Assembly: GCA_964016885.1 (NCBI GenBank)
Contig: OZ024743.1
Span: 150,288,001-150,352,000, forward strand
Source: Eledone cirrhosa
Taxonomy: Eukaryota
DNA: 64,000 nt
Direction: 5' to 3'
The notes beneath the pieces are model-generated. The model saw nothing but the letters and a program-made list of their open reading frames with translations. It made no database searches and was not told the DNA's origin. Positions 13,101-25,177 of this stretch are shown one piece after another. Position numbers and translations under genes: made by a program. The number at the start of each line of letters is the position of its first letter. Position 1 is the first letter of the stretch.

Positions 13101-13295
13101 TCACCTCCCAGAATAACTATGTGATGGCTGCTTCCCTGTCACTCCTAGAAACTACTCCTACCATCACTGACCCCCCCCCCTCCAATCTACCCAGGATCAT
13201 CCCCACTCCTGCCAAACATCTCATCACCCTGTCAAACTAAACCATGACTAGAAACTACTCTGATGCTGTGTCCAGTGGTTAAATAATCCTTAAGT

Positions 13296-13388
13296 ACAAC
13301 AGCAGGCCAGACTAGAAACTTTCTTACATATTTTAATTCCGTGAAAAATAAGATTTTAAAGAAAGTTTCTAGTCCGGCCTTCTGTTGT
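13296..13388. repeat. Fold-back hairpin with 30-bp arms next to (TA)n
   Basis: acaacagcaggccagactagaaactttctt / aagaaagtttctagtccggccttctgttgt, 2 mismatches. Confidence 0.85.
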
Positions 13389-13396
13389 TTTTAATG

Positions 13397-13448
<52 letters not shown>

Positions 13449-16400
13449 CTAAACAAACTGATTGCCATCAACATTTATTTCTCCACTAGACTGATCATTA
13501 ATTGGATGAAATTCTCTCAGAGTATCAAACCTATTGATGAATTCTTCAGTTAAAAATAAAAGTCTCCTCTAATATAAAAAAAAGACTGAATGAAATCAAA
13601 ACATAAAAAATCTAACAACATAAATCATTAAAAAATCAGCTTATACATACCTAATATTTTGTAAAAATATTTTTTAATGAAAATTGATTACATTTGATAG
13701 ATTTTTATCTTAGTGTAACAAATCAACAAAGCTATACTTGCATAAACTAAATTGGGAGAGCTTTACTCATTACTAATAGTATTTCTAAGAACACTATTAA
13801 AGATAAACCATTTTCCCTGTGTTACTGGCTGATAACACAAAATTGTGTTAAAATAGCATTATTTGGAATTAATTCAAGAATTTAAAAAAATCCAGTCAAG
13901 TATAATGGTAAACTATGATAAAAGCAGTTCTTTTTATTATTTAAAGATGCTTATTTTGCTATTTGAATTTTTTTTTCTGAAGAGAGAAAAATTAATTTCT
14001 TACTTTTGTACTAATTCCAAACTAATGGTCTCATATGAGTGTTAGGCTAGTGATAATTTCCTATATAATAAATTTATGTTTTCTAATAGATGATAGATTG
14101 AAGCTTTGGGAAATTGGTAACATGGCTGATGTTTTATCTAACAAATAACTCCCCCTTCCCTTCCAAAGACTAAACAGTAAATTTGAAATTTCAGCAGCTT
14201 TCTGTTAGGTTTGTTGGGGAACAACACGAGTTTGGTTCATTGAGGACATGATCATTCAATCCAGTTCACCAAGGATTGCAATGCAACAAGACAAGATGGG
14301 AACGTACAATAAAATAAGATACAACGACTCTTTTTAACTAAGTTAACATGATAAACGATGCAAGAAGTGTACATACAAACCAAACTGAAAGACAAATGCA
14401 ATAACAAAATAGAACAAGTGCACAACAAATTAGCCAGGAGAAAATTGTAAGAGAGAAAATAAATAATAAATACATTATGACAGCAACCCTTGAACTGAAC
14501 AAGAGTGATACTGGAAACAAAGTGAAATAAAGCTGCCCATGTCTCCAAAGACCAAATAGACAGCATTCTAAGTAGGAGTGACATAGAGGTGAGGTGATGA
14601 TGAAGAATGGAAGTGAGAGAATAGGTGGACAAGAGAGAGAAAGGAAAAAGATAGAGAAGAGAGCATAGAAGGAGAGGGAGAGAACAAATTGAAAGAGAGA
14701 GAAAAAGAGGAATGCAGAGAAGGGACGAGAGAGGGAGAGAGAGGTGGGGGGTAGTAGATGGTGTTAACATGTAAATATGTGTAGGTATATATCAAAGACA
14801 TTGGCTTTTGGCAATTAAACATATATATTTATATCAAAATTCAAGCACACATGTCAAGAAGAAACACTGAAAAGAGGAAGCAATGTGAACAAACCGCCAC
14901 ATCCCTAATTCACAAACTACCTACAGGGATCACTAGGATTCTAGTGCATTAAAATACAGGATTGTTCCCCTAAATACACAAGACTTGCAATACAAGACGG
15001 AATGGCAACATACAATAGAATATGATGCAATGATGTTTAAGCCTAGTTCAACCAACAGCAATCAGATCTGCTATTAAAGACAACCCATCTTTTAAAGAAT
15101 ATACAGGATTATATTAACTAATGTGTTATTTCCATATTTAAAATATTAGAGTAGGATTTGAGGGTAATTTTGTGCTATTTTTAGCAGGTATACTGACCAT
15201 ACAGAGGCTCATTTCTTATGTTGCTGTTGGCTGCAGTGTCTAGCTCTATCATGATCTAGTTTACCTATGATCAGAAGTATTCCAACCATGAACATCTTGT
15301 CATTTGTGTGTATCTTGGCCTACATTGTTGCATATGCTCTTCCTTCTTTATGAGAGTAGTGTGTTATTTAAGAGAGATTTGGCTGCTATTTTGAACAGGC
15401 TGAGCAACAATAGAGAGTTTCCTTCCTTAGCTTTTTCATATTGATCACTGGAGGCAGCAGGTAAGTTATATTATGAAATGGATATAATTTGTACTAAAAG
15501 GGAAGCTGGGATCAAATGCTATCGTTTACCATCTGATCAACTTCGTCTGAGCAGAACAATGATAATTAAGGATATTACAGCAACAATCATCCTGTCCTGT
15601 TCTTGGGTATTACATAATATAGGACGACGTTATTTAATGTTCTCTTTTCAGGGCATAATTTAAGGAATATTATGCTGTTATCTCAAGCAGTTCAAATAAT
15701 CAAGTAGAGGCTTCCTTGAGAAAATGTTGCTTCTGTGTTGGTGACAAAGATATATTTTTCACACAATGTGCAAATTATATGTTATGGGATAATGAGAACT
15801 ATGACATTGTATGAAAATGAAGCTTGCGCAATAACAACAAAGGACCTACAGCTACAGCAACTAGGGCAGAATGAATTAAATACAGACCATTAGATATGCA
15901 ACAGAAAATTGACAGTTTCATTGTGTTCAATGAAATAAATGGATATATTGGGATGGTGTTTTAAATATATAAATAAAACATATCTAGGATAACAGACAAT
16001 AAAAAATAAAATTTGTTTCACCCTATGCTAGAGTAGTTGGTGCTTGGCAGCTTAATATATCTTCATTGACATTAAAAATAACTGCCACCCAGATCACTTC
16101 AGTATGGCGGCCAGTTTGACCACTGCTAAATAAAGAATACTAGACATGTCTAACCCACGAAAAAATAGATTTTAAATTGATGAGACATGAATTCAAGAGA
16201 ATCAAGTTCAATCATTCTACATGAATTTCAATTGGTTGAAATGTCACTGTTCAATGTTCTTTATTCTACTGTCTGTAGTGCACAATCAAGACTGCAGTTT
16301 TTATGTCCTTTTGCTGTATTCTAGTGACAGAAATGCAATTACATCTGTTTTAAAGAAATTGCATTCACATTACTTTTATTTTTGCATGAGTTATGCATTC

Positions 16401-17275
16401 TGCCACATGATAGAAACAAAACTAATTATTTTCTAAAGAGACAGGCACGTTTTTCTGTTCACTATTTCAAAAACATTCAAATCTTATTCTGAATCATGTC
16501 AGTCTTCTTAACTGAATCAAGAATAGAAAGAAATAATACAGTGCTAAAGGTTGAAAAATTCCTATTGAAAATGCATGTCTGAGAGAGAAAGCAGGTAGTC
16601 TTAGAGTTAATTCTAAGAAGAAAAAAAATCTAAGAAAAAAATCTGAAAGCATTGGTAGGAAAGTCCAATATTTCCAATGTTGATTACCTTCTTTTGAAAA
16701 GAATCTCATTTTCATGAGGTCAAGTATTAGTTTAAAATTTTTTTTTAATTTGGGTTGGAGCCTAGTTATTGTAATGTCCACTGAGATTTAAATACTTTAA
16801 ATGGAAGATAAGTATGTATCATCTTTTTCATAATAGTAACTAGAATAAAATTACAAATAGTAGCATTATCTTAATGGGATAGTAATAAATATGTTTGTTA
16901 TAAGTTCTTTCATATATGTTTTTATGTAATTAAGTTCACATGTAGATCTATGCCAGGAATCTAGGTATCAGAGTAAATTCTTAATTATTTCAATATATGA
17001 CTCAGTCTTATGCTTATTGAGAACTTTCTTTTACATTACAAATGCTCTTGAAAAATACATGATTCACATTACATCCCATCTCTCTTTCTATAAATTGAAG
17101 GTGTCATAGCAACATTAATGCATCTTGATGATAAATAAAAAGTTGGAGTTGTGGTTAAGATTTGTTGTTTGCAGTTTTGAGGATTAAAGGTATCTGTGAA
17201 ATCATATAATATATTGTTTGAAATATCTGTGCTTGATATATCACATGCACACACACATGCACGCACAATGTATAT

Positions 17276-17560
17276 ATCATCATCATCATCATCATTTAAC
17301 ATCCATCTTCCACGCTTGCATGGGTCTGGACGGGAATTGTCCCACTTGAGGCAAGATTGGTTGTCTTGCTCGGGACTGTCTGGCAGGTTTTCTATGGCTG
17401 GATGCCCTTCCTAACACCAACCACGTTTACAGTGTGGACTGGGAAGTTTTTACCGTGTTACCTACACGACCACATTACAGCGTGGACTGTGTTTTTTTTG
17501 TCGTGACACCTACACAACCTCATTTGTTTAGGACTGGATGTTGTGGTACCAACATAGCTT
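17276..17560 (-). mobile_element. RTE-tail SINE-like repeat (further copies at about 9402-9545, 18025-18180, 27055-27240, 54672-54865 and 55020-55330)
   Basis: (atc)n then tttaacatccatcttccacgcttgcatggg...ggctggatgcccttcctaacaccaaccac. Near-identical to 9402-9545. Confidence 0.7.
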
Positions 17561-17663
17561 TACATCGAAAGGGGTGGTGTAGATGGTGGTGGGGGTAGGG
17601 GTAGTGGGACGGGGGTGTATTTTGGTTAAGAGGTGCCTACTGACTGTAGGTTTCACTTTGTAC

Positions 17664-18002
17664 TTAGGCAAGGCGGGTCTTCTGTATTACTACATAGCGC
17701 CAAAGATCTCGGTCCAGTGACGTTGTCTTGGAGAGGTGTAAGTGTGTGAGGTCAGAATTTATCAAGTTGTCCCAGGTTTTTCTGGGTCTGCCTACTCCGT
17801 AGCTACCGTCTATTTTGATCGCCCTGCACTTTTTTATACAGCTGTCGTCTTTCATGCGCATCACGTGACCATACCAACGTAGTCTTCTCTCGAGTAAACA
17901 GCATCTGATCCCTCTTATTCCTAATTTCTCACTTAGTTCATTTATGCTTTGCCGTTCCCGTATATTACTATTACACATCCAACGGAGCATGCAAGCTTCG
18001 TT
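17664..18002 (-). mobile_element. RTE LINE 3' coding fragment
   Basis: MLRWMC...RRLRWYGHVMRM...GRPRKTW, the RTE C-terminal signature. Confidence 0.85.
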
Positions 18003-18207
18003 CCTATATCATTTCATTCATCATTTCATTTTATGTCCGCTTTTTCCCTGCTTGCAAGGGTGGGACGGGAACTGATTCTGGCTTGATTTCTACAGCTGGA
18101 TGCCCTTCCTAACACCAACCTCATTTACAGTGAGTGCTGGGTGCTTTTTTGCCGTGGCACCTCCACGACCACTTTGCAGTGGAATGATATGGACCTCAGT
18201 CCCTATC

Positions 18208-18352
18208 ATCTCATTTCTACAGCTGAGTAAACTGGAGCAATGTGAAATAAAGTGTCTTGCTCAAGGAAACAACACATCACCCGGTCTGAGAATTGAACTC
18301 ACAACCTTTCGATTGCAAGGCCATTGCTCTAACCACTAAGCCATGTGCCTCC
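18208..18352 (-). mobile_element. tRNA-derived CORE-like SINE head
   Basis: Minus strand has tggcttagtggttag (A box), gagttcaattc (B box) and ccttgagcaagacacttt. A related plus-strand copy lies at about 55348-55630. Confidence 0.75.
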
Positions 18353-18380
18353 TATAAATATATGTATATATGTGTGTGTA

Positions 18381-18521
<141 letters not shown>

Positions 18522-18721
18522 NNNNNNNNNNNNNNNNNNNNNNNNNNNNNNNNNNNNNNNNNNNNNNNNNNNNNNNNNNNNNNNNNNNNNNNNNNNNNNN
18601 NNNNNNNNNNNNNNNNNNNNNNNNNNNNNNNNNNNNNNNNNNNNNNNNNNNNNNNNNNNNNNNNNNNNNNNNNNNNNNNNNNNNNNNNNNNNNNNNNNNN
18701 NNNNNNNNNNNNNNNNNNNNN
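18522..18721. other. Assembly gap (200 N) after a long (TA)n tract
   Basis: Run of N. Confidence 0.99.
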
Positions 18722-20247
18722 GAGAGGGGGATGATCTATTATGGAGAGAGGGAAGAGCGACGGAGAGAGTAAAGCTAAGAAACTATAGGGAGGTGTGTAT
18801 GATACATACATACATAATACATAATACACACGACGCTCAGCTTTATAATATTATAGATGTGATTGATTACACTTCCATTCACCTTTTCTTTCAAATCAAT
18901 TATGTTTCATCATTTATACACACTAAACTTTATTTTTCGCATTCAAGGCCCATGTCTTGCTACCATGTATTATTACAGCACCACAGAGTTACTGCCTTTT
19001 ACAGTCTGAGCTCAAATCCCGCCGAGGTTAACTTTGCCTTTCATCCCTATGTGGTCGATAAAATAAAGTAACAGTAATACACTGGGATAATTACTGGCCT
19101 TGTACCAAAAGTAGAAACAATTTACAGTACATATATAAACATCATAAAATATGCCCTTTTCTGTAAAAGAGAAATTCTTTGTTAACAGTGTATGTATGCA
19201 AATGCATATACTAGCAAAAGTACCCAACCATGTCTAAGTTTATTAATACCTGAAATGAATGCAATCACATGGAGTTGTTATATTTTGTATGAATACGTTT
19301 TAAAAGATACTGACAATTTTCAATGTGTGCAGGAATGTTGCTTCACCAAAGATCATTGTATCCAAAAAATTCAGAAAAGCATTTAAGTTGAGACACAAAG
19401 TTGTATTAAACAATTAGCAAACAAATATAGCTCATAAAGTAAAATATCCTTTGATTTTCTCCTTGGAACCAATGCAAACATTTCAGCTACCAAGATACAA
19501 AACTGCAATGTAAAACTTGAAACATGCATTGATACATACATGTACACAGACATATATAGGGAAAATAGATGTAATGTAGTGATGATAATACCTGCATTCA
19601 CTTTATATATATATGTGTGTGTGTCTGTGTGTTTGTATGTATGTTCTCTCTCTCACTTAATTTCGAGTTTATTTTTGACCAACCACCTTCCCAGTGGCAA
19701 AGTTGTAAAGTAGAAGGAAATTGTCATTGTCCATTGTGTAAGCATTCATCTTTTGAATCATAAGCACGTTATTAATATGTGGTCCCAAACAACAGTATCA
19801 AGTCAATTGTGTTTTAATTCAGTGGTTTTGATTTTTAGGTCTTAACATATTCTTCACTATTTGTTTTAGTTTCATTTTGTAATGCATTTAAAATTGTTTT
19901 AGCTTCATGCCTCACGGGGAGGTAATAACGATAACACATTCTTTCATGGTTAACAACAATGTGGATAACATCTTCAGTATTTGTTTTTTTCACAGTCTAC
20001 ATTTATTGTCAACTGTTGACTTTCCTCTTTTGTGTGGCAGGTAGTTGGTGGGGATTTCTTGCTCTTGGATTGGATGGCGGTATTCTTGAAGGTAGGATGA
20101 TATGAACTTGTTCGAACTCTGTGTATGTATGTGTGTATGTATGTATGCATATATACACATACTACCAAACCAACTTTTTTAAATGGAAGTTGTTCAAAAT
20201 TATATGGTACGTCAAATTTATTTATAAAACTGCTTATATATTGTATT

Positions 20248-20305
20248 TTATCTGAAGAAGGCATGCCATATTTTTAATATGGTATCGCTGAAATATGTAT
20301 AATGA
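20248..20305 (+). ncRNA. Type I hammerhead ribozyme motif
   Basis: ttat-CTGAAGA(20252-20258)-ag..atgccatatt/aatatggtat..ct-GAAA(20290-20293)-tatgta-TA-atga. The downstream 40 nt is homologous to the sequence downstream of the 3899-3951 motif. Confidence 0.75.
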
Positions 20306-20401
20306 AATAAATATGGTTTTATAAATATAGTTTCCATTTGTTTAATATCGTATATATATATAATATATAAGATCAAAAGATGGTTAAAAGAGTTCCATGT
20401 C

Positions 20402-20468
20402 TTTTATTATGCGCATTTCAAAAACAAATATCATCATGCAATAACATTTGTGTTTTCATCAGATAAAA
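20402..20468 (-). ncRNA. Type I hammerhead ribozyme motif
   Basis: Near-identical reverse complement of 20820-20890. Confidence 0.85.
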
Positions 20469-20819
20469 TATATACAAACCTTAACTTAACATTATTTTTC
20501 TCTTCGTTAATTTTCAAATTCTTTTAATTTATATATTATCTTCCAACGGTTTTTCAACCTCTCTATGTAAAACAATATATCTTTCTCAGTTATAAAAGCT
20601 ATCTCTCTCTCTCTATCACCCATCTCTCCTCCTATCTCATCCTTCCTCATTATACTCCTCCCCCTCCACTTTTTACTCTCATCTCCTCCTCTTTTTCAGC
20701 CCCCCCCCCCCCTCAAATTTTTTTTTCCCAATATCACACATCAATCTAAAACTACTTTTCATGTTGATTTAAAACTGCACTATTCACAAGTGTTTTTTAA
20801 CCTTCATATCATGTCTTCC

Positions 20820-20890
20820 TATTTTATCTGATGAAAACACAAATGTTATTGCATGATGATATTTGTTTTTGAAATGCGCATAATAAAATA
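20820..20890 (+). ncRNA. Type I hammerhead ribozyme motif
   Basis: tattttat-CTGATGA(20828-20834)-long stem II aaacacaaatgttatt/gatgatatttgttttt-GAAA(20871-20874)-tgcgca-TA-ataaaata. Stem I is 8 bp. Confidence 0.88.
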
Positions 20891-21013
20891 CATGGAACTC
20901 TTTTAACCATCTTTTGATCTTATATATTATGTATACTCCAGTCCTACAAATTGTAGAGTGCTTCTTATCCGATATCTGCATTGCTTTATTGTACTACAAT
21001 AAAACTCACCTCC

Positions 21014-21077
<64 letters not shown>

Positions 21078-21102
21078 AATAGAGGTGTAACACACAAGTT
21101 AT

Positions 21103-21216
21103 TATATATTGGTAAACGGAATAGAAAATGCTGACAAATTGTTCACAGTTGAAAAATGGTTTAATTAAACCATTTTTCAACTGTGAACAATTTGTCAGCA
21201 TTTTCTATTCCGTTTA

Positions 21217-21226
<10 letters not shown>
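21103..21226. repeat. Perfect 124-bp palindrome with no spacer
   Basis: Symmetry centre between 21164 and 21165 (ggtttaa|ttaaacc). I saw no mismatches. Confidence 0.92.
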
Positions 21227-21254
<28 letters not shown>

Positions 21255-21315
21255 AATAATAAATGTGAAGAGGGCTCCATAAGGATTATATATATATAAA
21301 ATATATATAAAAATC

Positions 21316-22200
21316 CGAATCGCTTTTTTCACCCTTAACAGGACCTTCTGAAACTAAAAAAAATCAATCTGTGGACGCAGAAGTAAATATTTCAAAATTA
21401 ATTACAACCGAAGGAAAACAGGAAGATGATACTTTGGTTCATGAAGACGTTCCCTGGCAATGAACGGAAAAAAGCATAACAATGTATACTAAAGTATATG
21501 ATAATGTAGGACACAGGTTCTCAACCCATTTAGGCCAAACGCCCCCTTTTGTCCCTCGAAATCACGAAACGCCTCCCACCCCGCCACCCTATTTTTTCAC
21601 TTTTTCAATATACTACTGATTTTTATATCAGTAGATTACTAAAAAATTGATTAACAATATTCCAAACATGTATGTATTATCTGATTATGTGTTGTATGTG
21701 GTCCTAGATGTGTATTCTACTCGCTTCTGTTTTTTTCTTTTCTTTTTTTTATTTGTAATATTATTTATACAATAGGGAATAAAATAGATCTACATAGTGT
21801 TAACTCGTTACGGTTGAGTCAATAATTACAGACAAGATTCTAACTTTCTGCGCTCAAAGTGTCTTTGACCCAGTTGACTGTGGGTTTTTCCAATTTTAGG
21901 ATCTCAATTACCGGTTAACGTCTCAATTACCGGACATGCCTGCACACCTGCTCACAGCTGCAGACAGCATAACTATAGTCTGACCGCAGCTGTGAGCAGG
22001 TGTGCAGGCATGTCCGGTAATTGAGACGTTAACCGGTAATTGAGATCCTAAAAAATGGAAAACCCCAGCGCCCCCTAACCCCCTCCCCCAGCTCCAAACG
22101 CCTCCCCTGGAGTTCTGAAACGCCCCCCGGGGGTGCATATGCCCCCCATTGAGAGCCTTTGATGTAGGATATTGTGTGTATATGTATGTATATCATATTA

Positions 22201-22255
<55 letters not shown>

Positions 22256-22938
22256 CAATGGTATATATTGAGTTAGAAACTCAAAATAGTCTCAAGGAAA
22301 GAAATTTTTCCAGGCCGTGTAATATAATTGAATATAAAAGAGAGATAAACACAGATATATATATATATATATATACGTGTTTCTCTCTCTTTTATATTCA
22401 ATTATATATGTATATTTGTGTGTGTGTATGTATATGTATGTGTACGTATGCGTTGGCGCATACTTATGCACTGGCCTAACCGAGGTTGACTTTGCCTTTC
22501 ATCCTTACGGGGGTCGATAAAATAAGGTACCAGTAATGCACTAGGTATTTTTTGGCCTTGTGCCTAAAGTAGAAACAATTATTTACTTTTACTATTTTAA
22601 TAACCTCTGTCATTTTCGTTTAACAACTTTATTTACATTATTCTTAAACTCCGGAGCTGGAAATCATTCGGTTATTCTAAATAGAATATTAGTCTAATGA
22701 CTCCATTTATACCATAAATGTGTTTTTGTCTTTGAAAGAAATTATTCTCATCGCTCCACATAACAACGTAATTATCCTCGCTTTTTTTCTGTTCATTGCC
22801 AGGGAACGCCTTCACGCACCAAAATATCATCTTCCTGTTTTCCTTTGGTTGTAACGTTTTTCGAAATATTTACTTTTGCATCCACATATTGAGTTTTTTT
22901 AGTTTTTTAGAAGATCCCGTTAAGGATGAAAGCAGCGT
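21316..22938. repeat. Two diverged inverted copies (about 21316-21476 and 22779-22938) of a repeat of about 160 bp
   Basis: aggaaaacaggaagatgata...ttccctggcaatgaac versus gttcattgccagggaa...tatcatcttcctgttttcct. Probably DNA-transposon debris. Confidence 0.65.
21512..22161. mobile_element. Non-autonomous hAT (Charlie-like) DNA transposon, 650 bp
   Basis: Exact 8-bp TSD ATGTAGGA (21504-21511, 22162-22169). TIRs cacaggttctcaa / ttgagagcctttg, with subterminal cgcccc repeats. Confidence 0.85.
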
Positions 22939-22964
22939 TTCTTTGCTTAAACTTTAATCTGTTC

Positions 22965-23019
<55 letters not shown>

Positions 23020-23202
23020 GATTGTTGAATTTTTTTGCAATCAACAAAACAATAAGCCCATCAGGTTAAAGTACTCCATGTCAACTGTACCCATCTAAGT
23101 AAGAACTGGTAACACATAGACCATTGTTCAATGGAGCATTTGTATCTAAGTAAAAATGAAGATACAGTTCTACATTTCTTTACTTTAGTTTATCATATAA
23201 AA

Positions 23203-23270
23203 TCTGTTATGCACATTTTAGAGGCATTAGACAAAGATTATATACGTCTATCACATCATCATCAGACAGA
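23203..23270 (-). pseudogene. Degenerate hammerhead relic (GAAA changed to AAAA)
   Basis: Minus strand reads tctgt-CTGATGA-...tagacg/tgtcta...-AAAA-tgtgca-TA-acaga. Confidence 0.6.
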
Positions 23271-24529
23271 AGTCAATAATAATTCATGTAATAATAGATA
23301 CTAAAGTATATGATAATGTACGATATGTGATATGTTAACTATGGGTCATGTGATTCTGCTTGCCCCAATTACAGTCAACATATGGTGTGTTGATGTAGTG
23401 TCATTCATGTTCTCTTTGTATGGTAGTAGTTGTGTTTAGAATGTGGCAGTCCTTGGTTCATTCTATTTTATCAGGAGTCATGATGTTTTGACCTTATCTT
23501 GTTTGATGGGTTCATTTATTGTTATGCTCTTTTGACCATTCCTTATGTCCTTCCCACCGCTGGTAATAAAACCATTATGTTGTATTTTTGTATTTCTATG
23601 TATTTTGATGCTGCAGTGTTTCAGTTAATGGAAAGTTGTTGTTTTTTTTGTTACTTTTAGCTGTGTAGACTAACTAAATTCCTGTTAAGGATGTTTATGA
23701 GTTCAATTAACTATATGCCACATATGAGTTCTTATTTGGCATCATTCTAATTACATCATGAAATAAAAAATATGGACAATCGTGTGTTGATTGGTTTGTA
23801 ACTAAGCTGTGAATGTTGTAGTGGGAAAAATTCATTAATTTGTTTATTTGGTTATGAGTTATAGTGTTAGATATGTAAATATGCAAACATATAGAGTGCC
23901 TGTGAAGTGATGAATAGATTAGGAGTAATGTATACAGAGTAAATGCGAGTAGCAAACTATTTGAATGCAAAACTGACTCTTTGTATGTATGTGTATGTAT
24001 ATATCACTGTCATCATTATAATCAGGACCTGATTTAACTATGAGCAAAGGGGGAAATTTCCCAAGATCTAATTCTGGCCCTGATTGTAATCATAATTTTA
24101 TATCCACTATCTATGACAGCATGGGTTGGATTGGTTCTTATTGACTGAGACTAACAGGTTAAGATCATCTGTCTTGCTCGTATTTTCCATCTTAGGCATG
24201 GTTTCTATGGTTGGATGCCCTTCATAATGCCAACCAGCTAACAGGTTATACTTGGTGTTTTCTTTTAAGTCACCAACTCTACCACTTTACTGAGTGTAAT
24301 AGGTACATTTTGTATGGAACAAACACTAATACTTTACAGGTTGTACTGGATGAGTTTTTCATAGCCCCAACATTAACCATTTACAAGATGTACTGAGTTC
24401 ATATTATCGAGGCACCAGCATTAGTGAGATTTTCACATGCTCATCCACATTGAAGTGTCCTCTCAAGCTCTATAATGTCTTTTTTTTTATCAGTTACACT
24501 ATAGTCTCATGTCTCTCACTGCATTTACT

Positions 24530-24872
24530 TTCTGAGTAACAGTGCTTGTACAGGTTGCTAGGTCAATATTGCCTGTCAGCTTAGTTCTATGTCATCTCCT
24601 TCATGAGCATCTGGTCCTTGAGTTTATTCTTCACAACTTTGTTCCATGTCATCCTAGATCCTTCTCTTCCATAGGTTCTATCCACTTCCAGCTGTGACAC
24701 TTCTTGATACAACTTCCACTTCCATACATCAGATGACTTTACCAGTGCAACTGTCTCCCTTGCATGTTAAGTTTAATTCCACTTTTCACCCAGCTCCCTT
24801 GATCCATATGCATGCCTCATTCAATTTTAGCTGCCAGAGATCTTCTGCACTCAGAACCCATGTAATATAGTG
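24530..24872 (-). mobile_element. Decayed RTE 3' fragment
   Basis: Similar to 17664-18002 and 6164-6650 at the nucleotide level. Confidence 0.5.
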
Positions 24873-24876
24873 TTTG

Positions 24877-25037
<161 letters not shown>

Positions 25038-25177
25038 TCAAAATGAGGTGGCACATAGGACAGAGACTTAGCTATGTGGGTATTTTTTGTAACTATATAT
25101 ATATATACTACCAAAATTAAATTAAAGATGCCATGTCTGAGAATATCAGAAGCATGGTAATGATATATATATATATA

